Shown here: piece after piece, positions 37,544-52,067 of the stretch
Position numbering within the stretch: position 1 is the stretch's first letter
Layout: every line of letters begins with the position of its first letter
Assembly (NCBI GenBank): GCA_022813965.1
Contig: JALDZS010000133.1
Coordinates: 1-64,000, forward strand
DNA: 64,000 bases
Source of the DNA: Toensbergia leucococca
Lineage: Eukaryota
Reading direction: 5' to 3'
The notes under the pieces: generated by a model
What the model was told of the DNA's origin: nothing
Database searches by the model: none
The model's input: the letters and a program-made list of their open reading frames with translations, nothing else
Translations under genes and position numbers: made by a program

Positions 37544-39364
37544 ATGGCGTCTCTCAAGGCCATATACCAGGGCTTCCTTACGAATCCCAACTCCTCTGTG
37601 TTTGCTAGCAACGCGTCCATTAACTACATAACAACACTCACCACCATCAATTCTGCTGTGGCTATTGGGAAACACATCTCCTCCCACCAGCAAGTACTCA
37701 AGAAGAAGCAAGAAAAGGTATTAAGTACTATTGAAAGCAACGATGCCCTCTGCCTAGACGTTGAAACTACTCTGGAGTTTATTAGTGGGGGAGGTGCTTA
37801 TTTACCGGGCTTGGACGACAACTTTGTGGCCGACCGAGTGGTCACATTTCCGATTGTAAGTATGTTGAATAATACAGGGAAGAGTCATACTAATCGTGTT
37901 TCTTGTCATGATTAGGTCCACATTGTCCATTTCGATACCACGCAGAAAATCCAACAGATTCGTCTGTATTGGGACCAGGGATCTCTACTTAAGCTTGTTG
38001 ATGTTATTGGCTCTCGGGCGAAGAACTGGCCTATTCGTGACGGTAAGGATCAGGCACGCCTCATATTGTCTAGTGCAGCAGCGACCACCAAGTCTCAAGA
38101 CCATAGTCAGAGAGACAGTCTTCCTGAACCTACCAAAGTGGAAGCTGTACGGAAACCCGTATCACCGAAGAAGAATGTGGCTCGCGACCCCCATTCCAGC
38201 TTATCTCTATTCGATCTGAAAGATGACGAGCACGAACCTTCTCCGTTACATCCTGGCGTGGCTACCCGTACATCAGCCAAGCCGCCACCAAGAGATTACC
38301 ATGACTTATTCACTGGCAATGAATCTGATGCATCACCCGCATCTAGAGCTAGGGCGTCTTCGCCTGAAAAAGATAGGTATTCAGGTCACATGGCACAGAA
38401 AGGAGGAGCCGGAAGGAATTTCCAGCCATCTCGTCTCTTCGACTGCGGGGAACCTGAGTCTAATAATTTGGAAAAGCCATGGAAAGGACTTGACAAATCC
38501 TTCAAGACGCAGAAATACAACCACTTTGATTTGGCCGATGGCTCTGAAGGGACGAACAAGCAACCGTCGCTCCCAGCTCGTTCTAAGACTAATAAGAATC
38601 AATCTCAATGGGACTTTGATGATTCCGCCACCCCAGCAAAAGTCTCGCAGAAGATACGCCCTCAAGAAGTTCGCCGTTTTGGCTGGAATGACGACGATTG
38701 TAACCTCGAGAGCCCGGCAAAGAACCCCAATGTGATCCATCCCCGCCCCGATGCGTCGACGACGTTTGACTTCCAAGACGACAGTACTCCAGCCGGTGAA
38801 CAGCGCCAAGCCGGAAACCCCCGTGGCCAAGGATCGAACCGAGGGCTCGGCCTCTACCAGAATAACCTTTACGATGACACGGAGCTTAGCAAGAGCCCAG
38901 AAAAAAAGAACCACCCCTTGAGCACAGTCACTACCAATCTTAAAGATCGCCGCAAAGACTTTGACCCCCACTTTACCATGACAGACGAGTCCCCAGCCAG
39001 CAAACCCGGCGCCTTAAACGACGAAAACAGACCTATTAACGACACCAAGTCTAAAGCCGCAAAGGCCATGAACAACGCCCATTGGGAGTCCAGCGACCAG
39101 AGTTCCGACACGCTCTCCAAGAAACAAACCAAGCAAGCTCCCGACGACATCAGCAACCAGGCCTGGGGCGAAATGGACAAGGAGAACCGCGGCACGAGCG
39201 TCAAGACTGGTGGGGACGGGATGGGGGGTAAGAAGGGAGCGGGGCGTAATTGGGGCTTTGGCGATGATAGCGATGAGGATGGGGAGGGAGGCGCGAATGG
39301 GGGGAGGTTTTTGGCGGGGAAGAAGCAGTTGGCGCCGAAGGATAATACGTTTTGGGATTACTGA
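37544..39364 (+). CDS. NTF2-like-domain protein with long disordered C-terminal tail
   Basis: GGGAYLPGLDDNF...FPI|VHIVHFD...IRLYWDQGSLLK...NWPIRDG. Tail contains repeated F/W-D-F-type motifs and ends FWDY. Confidence 0.8.
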
Positions 39365-40057
39365 GGGGGGTAAACGCGGATTAAGAAAAGGAACGTATGC
39401 ATGATGGGGATGAATCAGTGATGAGGCTATGGAGACATCGATTGCTTGAGTGGCACGTGAAGATCAATGGTGGTTTTTTCCTCTATTATTTGCGAGGTCG
39501 GGTGGTTGTATCATTGTGGCTTGGTTCGGCCTTTGGTGTTTTAGTTGTTCTCTCTTAGGTCGTTGTAGCTTGCTTGTATAGATACCTATGACTTTTTTTC
39601 TCTCGCGCTGCGATTCAGAGTCCTAGGTGAAGATTATCCCGTGGTTTTTGGGCCGCCTTTTGTTTTCTTTGGAGGCTCTTGGAGCAGTCTCGCTCTCGGA
39701 TGTTTGGGGAAGGAAGGAGGTGTCGGTGGTTTGGTATTACGATGCTTGTCGTGTTGGCTTGGTCAAGGGGCTACCCTGTCATGACTCTCATGGGGGAGAT
39801 GGATGCATGTTTCTTCCGTCAGCTAGATCTTTAGACCCGTAAGTGTCCCGACGACATTATACTATTCAAGCAAGACATTGTTTTGCTCATGCTGCTGCTA
39901 CCTGCACTTCTTGCATCGAATGTCCCAATCATTTATTTCGGAGGAGCAAAACGGATGGTGCTACCCCGTAATATTTCCATACACCAAATCAGTTTTTGTA
40001 TATACTTTTGTGTACATTAAGCTCCCTCCCCCCTCCTCCTCGAAATCCATTTGAGGA

Positions 40058-41466
40058 CTATATCGGCACGGTAAGAGGACACATGGTTCTATGAGGCCGA
40101 AAAAGAGTCAGCCCACACTCTCAAAAACCCAGCGAAAAGAATCTCCACGTCAAGGACTTACGAAGCACCACCATCGACAACCAGGTTCGAGCCGGTGATA
40201 TAGCTACTAAATCCACTCGCTAAGAAGCCTGCCACGCGGGCAACTTCTATGGGGAGGCCGGCGCGCTCGAGACCGATATGCTGCTTTTGGGCCTAGGGAA
40301 GAGGGTGTTTTTAGCTAAGAGTGATTGATCGAGGGGGACGGAACGTACCTCTATTGATTGTAAACTCGCTGGAGGTAGTTGGGAGGACATGCCACGCATA
40401 TCGAAGCTTTTGAGGTCGACGCCAACGTCGATTTGACCGGGGGAAATGCAGTTGATTCGTACTCCAGAGCCTATTGAGTTGAGGGGAGTTTTAACAATGC
40501 TTTTGCTTTGGAATTGTTGAGGGTTTCGGGGCATAGAGATGGCTTTACCCTTTAGAACTGCTACTCCTGCTCGTACTACTCCCAATGCTGCGTGGGAGCT
40601 CATTGTATAGCATGGGCCCCAACAACCTGAAAGATTATGCTCAGCCGCAATTACCGATTACTCAAGTGCACATGGGTTATCAGGCAATGTGCACACGTGT
40701 TCCAGAAGACCGGTCACCTACCGCCATAAGTACTAGCCACCGAACTCACTATTATGATACTCCCATACTTCTGATCTTTCGGCGCAGCATTCGGATAACT
40801 CCCTTTGCTTGCCAACTTTCCCATGGCAGGGGGTGCATACTTCAGGGCAAAGAACGGTGCCATACTGTTCGCCTCGAAGCATTTCAGCAGATCGGCGGGA
40901 GTCGTGGCATCGATTGAAGGAGGACCGAGAATGCCTGAGGAGCTTACCCAGACATCGAGACGACCGAAGGCGTTGAGGGTTTCATCGATGAGGGATAGCG
41001 TTTCTTGTTCATCGGCGGAGTTGAGAGGGTAGTCGATGAGTTTTGTATTTGGGTGAGTTGCGTGGACGGCGGAGGCAAGTGAGACAAAGTCATCGCTGCG
41101 GGAGTGGGAGCAAGCTGAAGGGCGACGTTAAGAATGTTCGGTTGGAATTTTTATTATCCCATGTGTCTTGCCCGGGGATTGTTCAAGCTGTGCACAAGTA
41201 TGAAAGTGGCTAACCATATATACAAGCTGCACCGTGAGCTGAAGATTCAATCAGCCATGGGGAAAGGCTTGTTCGTGTTTCATAGCCGTACCAGCCAATT
41301 CGAGGGTAATGGCTTTGCCAAGTGGCTGGGTTGCACCTGTTACGACACATATGAAGCCGTACTGTGGTCATCAAGTCAGCATTTTGTTCAAAGCCCCAAT
41401 AGCTTCTAACAGCCTTACCAGCTTGCCATCCGGTCTATAGGGCGAGAAGTACTCCGAGTCAGTCAT
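40058..41466 (-). CDS. Short-chain dehydrogenase/reductase-like protein (atypical motifs), multi-exon
   Basis: CVVTGATQPLGKAI, FGRLDVWVSSSG, GSIIIVSS, GVRINCISPGQI, GFSSYITGSNLVVDGG. Confidence 0.85.
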
Positions 41467-42253
41467 AGTGCAGGCTTGGACGGGATATGAAGGTGATCTG
41501 AATATGTGGTATCCGTACAGATCTTGTTGTCTACGGAGCTGGTGGAGAGGTCGGAATAGCAAAGCTGAAGATAGCCATGAATGTTCCAAGAGCTCGCACT
41601 TCTCCGATTCTTCTCCGACAAGATAAAAATCTTGAGCTTGTCGAGGTACTGTCGTCACTAACTACTCTCGATAAGATAAGGTAATATTGTGTTTTGTAAA
41701 TCTAGCTCCGTGAATGACCCCCTCGAGCCCCTGACCCCTTTTGCACCAGCTTCTTTCCTCCTTTCTCCTTTCTCCTCTTCCAGCCCAAACTTCCTCATTC
41801 CTCGTTAGCCTGACCCACAACCTTCCCATCTTGTCCCCTCCAGAGGCTCAATCCGTACATCTATCACTCTCTCTCTTCCATCTTTCGTATACAGTCTCTC
41901 AACTAATCTTCCCTGCTCCCACCCATGGCGTTGGGGTTGGCGTAGAACTTTACACGATCACGAAGAGGCCGACGGGACGGGCAAAAGGGCTGGCAATAGA
42001 TTTTATAGTGGCAATAAGAAATAAAAGGAAGCTCTCTGCAGGATGGGAGCGTCTAATGATCGCGTGCCGGCGAACCTCGTCTGTTTGAAAGTGCAGTATG
42101 GTTGAAGGTGCTAGGCGGTTCGGGAAGCGTGAGTGAGTCATATAGAGTTAAGGTGTATGAGGTCCGCTAGAGAGAATAGATTTGGGCGCTTTGGACATTG
42201 CGAAAGGAGATTTTTAGGGGAAAAATGGGAACTCGTCGCCTACATGGAATGTA

Positions 42254-43349
42254 TCAATGTGGAAGTTTGAAGGCTGAAATAGTGATTCATAGGAGTTCGT
42301 GCCCTGTTGATCAAGTACGGTTTTCCCTGTCTCTAGATCATAGTTGATGTCCTCGTTGGGTATCGCATTTCTAAGTCCTGGGCATCCCAGTAAGGTGTAT
42401 TCAGGGATTAGATTGTCAGTGAAGGTTTCGAATCCAGAATCGGCTAGAAACTCAAATAGTACTTGCAGAGATTACTGAGGGCTAAGATGGAGGTTGCCGA
42501 CAAGGAAGAAGATGGAGGAGGAGTCGTCTTGGCTTGCTAAGTTCGATGGAGCGAACAGAAATTGTACGATACTGGGGGGAAACGAAAATAGAAAATCTCT
42601 ATCTTGAATTTGGGAAAGTATTTGAACAAATGGAAGAGGGTCCAAAGAAAGGCCGAACGCATTCAAGGTGGAATATGTAGTTCTATGACATCAAATACAG
42701 ATAGCAGATGCTGACGAAATATTGTACGTCGTAGGAGTGAGACTCACTTGAAGATGTGTACTATGAGAACAAACGGTATCCAAGAGACCAACACACATGC
42801 TGATCTGGCGTCTGAAATAGAGGAACATTGAGCAAAGTACCTGAGATCGATACCGCTCTTCATCAAAGCCTGCCAGTTCCGACCCTTCGAACCACGACTT
42901 CAAGCCTTGAAAGTGCCGGAAGCTCATAAATAACGGCCTCCCCTTGTCAAATTCAATCCCATTTCAATAGTCTTTCTGAATGATAGGTTCTTCCGCGTGC
43001 ACCGGCAAAATTTTGATTTCTAACGTGAGAACATTCCTGCATATCCTAGCATATCGTCCATGAGGCCATGAGCGGTAACGAGCTCACGTTCCATCTGCAC
43101 TAGACATTCATGGAAACGTGGCGAGCGGACAAGGTGTGATGAAATAGGGGTAAGGCTTGAGACACCATCGTTGTCTTTAAAGAGATGGTAGCCCATGGAC
43201 TGCTTGAAGATGGGCAATTCAGTTCAGCCGGTAGTACGCAGGAAGGCGTTGACTAAAGGAACCACGGACGAGGAAGGCACGTTGAGGACACATTGTTCAG
43301 TGCACTGAATCTCATTTTTTGTTTGCGATGTGCCGGCGAAGCCAAGCAT
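42254..43349 (-). pseudogene. Probable decayed protein-coding gene
   Basis: Protein-like reading continues through in-frame stops (TGA 43224-6, TGA 42964-6, TAA 42472-4), with a frameshift near 43020. Confidence 0.4.
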
Positions 43350-44593
43350 ACATCGCTGACCAGATCATCATCCTTACGACAGGGTGCTAGGCTGAAGGTC
43401 CTATCGAGGTTCTCGGTGAAGAAGATTACTACTGGTGTGCCCCATATAAAATGGTCGGTCGGATGACATGATGTATGGGAATGTGTAAATTGAGAATCCA
43501 GTAGGGAATGACTGACACATATCTTATTGAGAACAATGGCTGAAGTCCACTTGACAGTTGGTTACTTCCAACGCCGAGAAGTGGAGTATTTAAGCCAAGT
43601 CCTCTGATAAGGGAGTGGATGTTTTTTGGTGCGTGCATTATACTAACCTAGGTTGAATCTCCTTGTACTTTAGACCCACGGACATGAAGCTTTTGCACGC
43701 ATTTCGGCGGCATACGTGTACGGCAGTCTAAGGATTGATGACTTCACTTCCCCTGTCCCATTGGTGCCTAGAAATTCCATGTCGGCCATGTGTTCCGAAT
43801 CTTCATGACGGTCCACCAATCATGTCCAATCGCTTGTTCGCTTGGCTAAAGAGAAGAGAGAACCACACTAATCGTAATTATTCTAAATGTCTCTCTTACC
43901 TCACCTTTGCGATGACTTGATTACCTTCTCCTCGAACAGGTGTACTTTGCGAGGCCCATAGGAATTTAGATGTCATCTTAATCGTTCTCTTTCCAGCAAT
44001 GTTGAATTCCTCTTCTCCCAGGTTTCGGCCAATCATAGAATTCTACCTTGGCGGTAATCCCCACAAACCGACGATCATTCCAGTCTTGGTCTACTTAGTC
44101 TACCCCTACCGTGCCGGTGCCTTGCATGACTGACACTTGTACCTTGGTTCACTTGACTCACTTGGCTCGAGTGGCTCCTTGGTGCTTCAGCTGTAAGCGC
44201 GGCCCATTTGATCCTTCTACGGCGCGTCTTCAGATCAAAGATCTGGCATGACTTGGGAGGATGATGATGCATCTCAATTGGCCCAATATCTAGGCCAACG
44301 CATCCACAATCAACGCCTGCGGTGCAATCATGCATTAGTCTCTCTGTGCTCGTGTGCTGGTAAGCTTTTTCCAACGCGTACTCTGATCCCGCTTCGGCTA
44401 CTTGGAAATTATTGCTACTGTCATTGGGCTCCTAGGAAAGCCACGGCTAGTCTGGGCATTATGAATATTGCAGCAGCGTTATTTGAAGAGAGCATTCCAA
44501 TGCCTGCCAGATCAAAACTTGAATGATGCGGAATGAAGGTCTTACTTTGACTATTCAATCATAGCACTAAACTGCCCATTGTCTGCCATAAAC

Positions 44594-46059
44594 ATGTTCG
44601 CTCCTATGGAAACTGACTTTGATGCTTTTCCTCCAACAATCAAACGCAAGGTAATCGACCTCTCCTGAAAATAATGAGATCAGTGCGCTGACGAAAGGTT
44701 CATGCCTAGTACTTCTCAACGCTCGAGAGACTGCGACTGGCACAGGGCTCCATCAGTTCGATTCCTACTACTAGTCCTTTTTCAAGAACCTCGAAATCAC
44801 CTAGAAGTTCGTCAAGGCTCAGTCTCGGCCGGAGGCCAAGCTGCTTGGGAGTTTCGCCAGCCGATGATAATAAATTTTCACATGTAGATGCCCATTGGTT
44901 TCTCAGCCTCCCCGAGAAGGTCCGGAGGAAACACTTCACAACAGAGGAGCAAATTCTTCTCGGTGGGCATTGCGAGAACGTCATTCTCGACGCAACCGAC
45001 CAAGTGCTTTGCAAGCTTGGGAGTAAGGCAAAGCGAAGTGTGGTCACGGTGACTAGTTCTTGCCCAAGCTGCTTGTCCGTGAGCTCTCTAGATCTAGAGC
45101 AGCCGATTGACTCGGCGGTCGACATGGACGACTCAATGCTAGACAGCTTCCGCTGGTTGGAGGATGAAGAAGACTTGGACCTAACTCTTGATGACTATCA
45201 CACCCACATTAGTGGAACCGCAGAACCTTCCGTGAGATCCACGTCCCGTCGGCCGTCCTTCCGAAGGTCAATGTCACTCAATTCTATGCCCTTCGGCTTC
45301 GATCATCCTCCACTGTTGGATAGGCTCCCTCGCTCCCACACTTCAACCCCATCACTTTCACCACAGACGACACTTAAGCGGACCAGCTCTCGACCTGTAT
45401 CTAGCAGCTTTCCACCCAGACATTCGACTCATAGTTTTGTCCCAGGAATTGACCAATCTACAAAGTATTATCAGGATCCAGAGGCTAGACTTAAGCTACG
45501 TGTGTACCTAGCTTCACCTCAAAAGTTTGACGAAGTGATCGAGTTCGGTTTTCCTTCGTTAGAGAAAAGAGACAATCTATCTATTAGAAGGCCATCTCTA
45601 ATCAGGAACCAAGATACAGCCCTTAGCGCTCAAACCTTCCTCAATGAAGACAACGCATCATTCTTTGATGCTCACGAAGAGAGAGATAACGCAAGTCTGC
45701 TAGAAATGGAAACTTCAATAATGCTCTCGGATGCTTTGTCTCACAATGCGCATAAATCAACACCTTTAGAATTCTCCAGTGACCTAGAAGACTCAACTAT
45801 GAAATCGAACCCGCGGCCGAAGGCATCGAAGCCATACATTCAAACCTTGGCTGGCAGTAGAGAGATGACCTTACGTATGACACTTACGAGACCAGATCTC
45901 AGGGCTGACGAGGCAGTGCTGTACTCAAAAAAGGATGATCCTTTGGCGCTAGAAGAGCTACTGACGGCGACCAACAGCGGCGATCTGTGGGCAAAGTTGC
46001 CAAAAGAAGGTGGCAGTAAAGTAAGAAAGCTCTGGCACAGAGTCAGCGGTAAGGGTTAG
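44594..46059 (+). CDS. Conserved fungal hypothetical Ser-rich protein (family often auto-annotated as mucin)
   Basis: FDAFPPTIKRK|YFSTLERLRL, LPEKVRRKHFTTEEQ, YYQDPEARLKLRVYLASPQKFDEVIEFGFPS, REMTLRMTLTRPDLRADE. Confidence 0.82.
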
Positions 46060-46617
46060 GAGATCTGTAGTGGGACGTCAAGGCAGCATTTGAATACCGC
46101 CGAACTTTGGTCATGCCGGAATTTGGTGCGGGCGTTTTTGAGGTCGTTTGAGGATCGGAATGGCAGAATGTTCTGCTAGGAGTCCCGACTTCTTCTGCTT
46201 GAATAAAGTAATTTGAAGGGAAGAAAGATGAATGGCGCTTTCTGTACGATACCCTTTTTTGTACGCTACTAAGTTTCACTGATTGAAGAGATCCTCTGAC
46301 ATATGCTATGCAGAAGTAGTCATGCTTGCTATGAGAAAGTCAATTTCAAGAAATCATTGTAGATTATTACTGTGAAGAAGATGTGAGATCTCGAGGTGGT
46401 TTGAAGCTATATATGGTAATATTACCATGCAATACGGATAGCGTAGTTTCATTCCGAACATGACATGTTGCGCTTTACTCCGTACGCCACGCGTTAATTG
46501 TTTCAATAATCCTCCGTCTCAGCAATACTAATTCAAATCAAACTCAAGAAGTGTTTCAAATCATCTCTATGGAGCACATGCTTTATCCCAGGTGAAGGTT
46601 CTAAAAGTTTCTTCGAC

Positions 46618-49600
46618 ATGCTGCCACTGTTGGCTTTGGTACTGCTACTGTGGTGTGCACATGCAAAGAAAGATGGCCCAGACATCTCCAAATACAAACT
46701 CGACCACCCGCCATCAAACTTCTTCTATTTTGACGACACTGATATCATCATGATGCATGATCGCGATGCCGGCATTGTTTACAGGTCAGAAGACGCTGGT
46801 GTGACATGGGACACGGTCGAAGGTGTCGACGAGGGTGCGGCTTGGGATTTATGGAATCATCCTCACGATCCTCAAGTGGCATATGTTCTGGGCCTAAAGA
46901 ATAAACATTGGGTCACCAAAGATAGAGGAGATTCGTGGATGGCCTTTGAATCAAAAGAAACGCCGACTCTCTTTCAGGCTCCTCTTGTCTTCCACGCTGT
47001 CGACAGTGACAAGGTCTTACTTCATACGCAGTCTTGTCAAGGCTTTGCATGCAATGATGTGACCTACTACACCAAGGATGGCTTCGAAAGCCTGCATCTC
47101 CTCCGTAAAGATACTAGGGGTTGTATCTTTGCACGTTCCACACCCCTATTCCAGACTAGCGACGACGATACCCACGATGATCGCATTCTATGTGTGGTTG
47201 AGGGGAGGAACTCTCCTCGGCCCAAAGACCATAGGCTCCTTGTATCCGATAACTACTTCAAGGACGAGCTTGAGCCGTCTTTAGAAGGAGATCGCACCGT
47301 ACAAGGAATCATCAATATGGCTGGAGTCAAAGGCTTTCTTGTCGCTGCAGCCAAGGCTGAAAACACGGACGAACTGGCCTTGTATGTGACAGATGATGCA
47401 AAGACCTGGCACCGGGCGGAATTCCCTGACGATCATAAGCTTGAAGAGGACGCGTATACCATTTTAGAGTCAACGAACTATAGCATACAAGTCGACGTCA
47501 TGACAACCAAACCGCAAAGTGCAATGGGCGTTCTTTTCACGAGTAATTCCAACGGTACTTATTTCACTCGAAACATTGAGCACACAAATCGGAACTTCCA
47601 GGGTTTAGTGGATTTCGAGAAGGTTCAAGGAATACAAGGGATTGTGCTTGTCAACGTGGTAGATAATTGGGAAGAGGTGGAGCGAACAAACTTAGGCAAG
47701 AAGAAAGTGAAGAGCCAAATCAGCTTTGACGACGGGAGAACATTTCAGCAACTCACGGTCGGGGGTAAAGCACTGCATTTGCATTCCGTGTCGGATATAT
47801 CCAATGTCGGTAGAATATTCTCCAGTCCAGCACCTGGTCTGGCAATGGGTGTGGGCAACACAGGCAAATACCTGAAAAGCTACGAAGAAGGTAATCTCTA
47901 CGTGTCCGACGACGCAGGCTTGACATGGAGAAAGGCACTGGATGAAGCACATAAGTATGAGTTCGGCGACCAAGGATCCGTCCTGGTCGCTATCTACGAT
48001 GAGGGTCCCACGGAAGAAATACTATATTCCATAAACCATGGGAAAGATTGGAAAAGTGCGGATCTCGGGCTAAAGCTCCGAGCCAAAATTCTTACCACTA
48101 CCGCTGATTCGACCAGCCTTAAATTCGTGCTCCTGGGCACGGTAGGTCGAGGTTCCGACGCAGAACATTACATTGTCTCTATTGACTTTGCTGGTCTCCA
48201 TGAGGGAAGGTGCAAGGATAAAGACTTTGAGAAGTGGCCAGCACGTTTGGATGAGAATGGCAAACCAGACTGCCTTATGGGTCATAAGCAATTCTATTCA
48301 AGGCGCAAAGCAGACGCGGATTGTTTTGTGGATGATGAATTCAAGGATCCTTTACCGATTTTTGAACCCTGCACTTGTACCGAGGAGGATTTTGAATGTG
48401 ACTGGAACTTCGTCTGGAGCGAGGATGAGAAAAATTGCAAATTAGCCGGTAAACTGCGAGTGCCTGATGGCGAATGCAAGAATATTGAGGATACATATAT
48501 GGGCAGTTCGGGTTACAGGCTTATTCCGGGAGACGAGTGCACTCTCAAAGGAGGAATTGACCTTGCCGAAGAAGTCGAGCGGCCTTGCAAAGAATCTGTG
48601 AAAGCTCCCGCAAGTGGGAAGGTCACTCATGAAATGAAGACCTTTCGGGCAGGCGATTTTCGGGAATACTACTACCTCGAGCGAACAGAGACGAGCAGTG
48701 GGGAAGACGAAACGGTTATCATGCGGACGGATGAGGAAGAAATCTACGTTACTAGGGATCACGGAAAGACTTGGAAGCAAATTCTGGACGGAGAGGATAT
48801 CACAGCCATTTACCCTCATCAGTACATGAACGACGTGGTCTTCTTCCTGACAAAGGGTAGAACGGTTTATTATTCTTTCGACAGACTTGATAGGCTCTAC
48901 GAGTTCGACGCGCCCGTGGAACCAACTCACGATAGTGCTCTTCAAGCGCTATCTTTCCATCAAGACCACAAAGATTGGCTTATCTGGAATGGCGCTGTAG
49001 GTTGCGAAAGTAAGTCCAAGGAATGTCACTCAGTTGCATATCTCACGGAAGATCGGGGCGACGACTGGAAGACGATGCTTCGCTATGTTCACAAATGCGA
49101 ATTCATCAAAAGAGCGGGCCGCGGCGACAGTGAGAAACTGGTATACTGTGAGCAGTACAAGGATGAACGGCTTGATGGGCCTCTCCAGCTGTTGTCAAGT
49201 GACAATTGGTTTGACGATTCGGAGGTTCAATTTGATGACATTCTTGATTTCGCAACCATGTCCGAGTTCATCATTGTTGCTACAAAGGACAGTGAACAGC
49301 AATCGTTGAAAGTTGATGCCAGCGTGGACGGCAAGACATTCGCAGATGCTTTGTTCCCCTCAAACTTCAACGTCCCGCACCAGAAGGCCTATACCGTACT
49401 TGACAGCTCCAGCCACGCCGTCTTTCTGCATGTGACTGTGGGCAATCGCGAAGAGTCGGAGTACGGCACCATCATCAAGAGCAACAGTAATGGTACATCG
49501 TATGTGTTGAGTATCACTGGGGTGAACAGGAACACCCCAGGCTATGTCGACTTTGAAAAAATGCAAGTGCTCGAGGGAGTTGCTCTTGTCAATATTGTCG

Positions 49601-51082
49601 AGAACCTCGAGGACGTCGAGAAAGGATTGAGCAAAAAACTCAAGACCATGATAACACACAACGACGGTGCAGAATGGGCCCCATTATCGGCCCCGCAGGA
49701 AGACGCTGATGGCAACGAGTACGAATGCGATGTCGGAAATGTCCATGGATGCTCATTACATCTTCATGGCTACACTGAACGTCGAGACCCCCGGGACACA
49801 TTCTCGTCTGCATCGGCTGTTGGCCTAATGATGGGCGTCGGCAATGTTGGCGAGTACTTGACAAGCAAAGCCGACGCAGATACCTTCCTCACCAGCAACG
49901 GCGGCATAGACTGGATCGCCGTCAAAAAGGGCAATTACATGTGGGAATATGGCGATCAAGGCGCCATCATCGTAATAGTCGAAGACACGGTGGAAACCAA
50001 TGTCATCTTCTTTTCCCGAGATGAAGGAAAGACGTGGCAGGAGTACCAATTTTCCGAGTCAAAGATGCAAGTCACGAGTATCTCCACTGTCCCCTCGGAC
50101 AACTCCCGCAACTTCCTTCTCTGGGCCTACTATGACGGTGAGATTGCTACCGTCAACCTTGACTTCACCGGCTTGACAGATCGACAATGTTTCCTTGATG
50201 AGAACAATCCAGAGTCAGAAGACGGAGACTACTATCTCTGGGAACCAAAACATCCCTTGCAAGACAACAACTGCCTCTTTGGACACATCGCGCAATACCA
50301 CCGCAAAAGAATCGATGCAGACTGCTACAATGGCCGCCAGATTCCAAAGCTCCACAGCATTGCACAAAATTGCACATGCACAAGACAGGACTTTGAATGG
50401 TACGTTCAACCCTTGATCCATCTCTGCTGGTCAGAGATTTCATAGCTTGATTCTTTGATACTGACTTGCGTGTTCTAGTGACTACAACTATGAACGGGCC
50501 TCAGACAATTCATGCCTTCTTGTCCCGGGTGAATCTCCGTCGGACCATTCTCAGATCTGCAAAAACGAACCGGATCGCACCTCATACTACGAACCGACAG
50601 GCTATCGACGCATTCCCTTGACCACTTGTCAAGGTGGCCGCGAACTTGAGTACACGTCAACGGAAAAGCCGTGCCCCGGCCATGAAGCAGACTATGAACG
50701 AGAGCACCGTGGATTAAGTGGATTCTGGTTATTCGTCGTCGCTGTAGTCATACCAGTCGGTGTGGCCAGCGCGGTTGGATGGTGGGTTTGGAGGAATTGG
50801 GATGGTAAATTTGGGCAAATTAGGCTTGGGGATACTGGTGGCGCGTTTGATACTCAGCAGCCATGGATTGCGTACCCGATTATAGCCGTAGCTGGAGTTG
50901 TGGCTGTTGTCTCGGCGATACCTTTGGTGATGGGAGCTGCGTGGAGGGGAGTGCGAGGTTTGTTTGGTGGTGGATCAAGGACGTATACGACAAGAGGGAG
51001 CTTTGCGAGGGGACGGGGCGACTATGCGGTTGTAGATGAGGATGAACTGTTAGGGGAAGACGACGATGTTGACGAGGTATAA
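46618..51082 (+). CDS. VPS10: Vacuolar sorting receptor Vps10/Pep1 (two VPS10 domains)
   Basis: Signal peptide, BNR/Asp-box repeats (SFDDGRTF, SDDAGLTW), two Cys-rich modules (CTEEDFECD, CTRQDFE|CDYNY), TM segment and acidic tail. Confidence 0.96.
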
Positions 51083-52067
51083 ATAGGGCGTTTGAAGGGG
51101 CGTTGACAAGTATGTATTACCACGGGTTTTGAGGTGGATGATCCTGTACCTACCTTGTATCCTTTTGCTTGACCTTGACTGGTTCTACAAAGTTCTTGGA
51201 CCACACTATCGTGGGAAGCATCGTGACCTAGGCTTCCAATTGACTTGGTTGAAGTCTGAAACGGGACACAGGCTTTGCACTGATATCAATTTGAGAAAAT
51301 CTTCTAACTCCACCTCTACAATCCCAATTTGCTGTTTTTGATTTCTATTCTTTCCGTGCTCGGTCCCCTTTTTTGGTTTTCGAACATATGTCTTTGTGTT
51401 CTCCGTGGTCCTATTCTCAATCGCGCGAGGGTGGATCATTGACTATGGAAGAAATCATCGTCATCAAACCGGCCGAATCAAACCTTCTCGGCTCTGTCCT
51501 TTCTGAGCTGCATTGAAAATCATCGTCAGCTATCTTGCTGTACCCTGCTTTGCATGCTTGCCCACGACGCATTCCTTTCCCGACATGATAGTTGGAGATG
51601 GGAAAGTCGCACTCGGCTGTTCGAGATGGGTGGTCTTTGTAGACTTGGCTTCGGAGGGGAGTTTGTTCGTCTTGTTGACTTTTGCATATGTGACGTGCGG
51701 CCGTTGAGTATGTGCGGTACGAGTGAGTCTTTGTTTTTTGTTTCACACCTGCCATTACGTACAATCGGAAGATTTGTCTCGGTCATGTACCAAGACCTAA
51801 CACTTTTATTTTTTTCCCTTGGGAATTCGCCATTGCAGAAGTCGGAGAAAGTGATCGTATCAGGATAATGATATGATGTGTCGCTCATGTGATAGAATTC
51901 CATCTGGATAGGAGACACAGGCTCATATCCATGCCTTGTGAAATAGCCACTGTCTTCTCCACGCACAATGTAGTCAACCCATCCGTTGAAAAAAAAATCT
52001 CGGCATCATCCAATACCCCATCTCACTCATCCCTACTCCTTGAATGCAACCCGTCTTCTTGCCTCCA

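Noticed and set aside
29207..41466. Zn2Cys6 factor + PLP enzyme + SDR as a secondary-metabolite cluster
   Set aside because: No backbone enzyme or transporter, and the neighbours are core housekeeping genes.
51526..51966. 146-aa - strand ORF downstream of CDD1
   Set aside because: GTG start, no recognisable domain and no supported exon link to CDD1. It could be a remnant but is unsupported.
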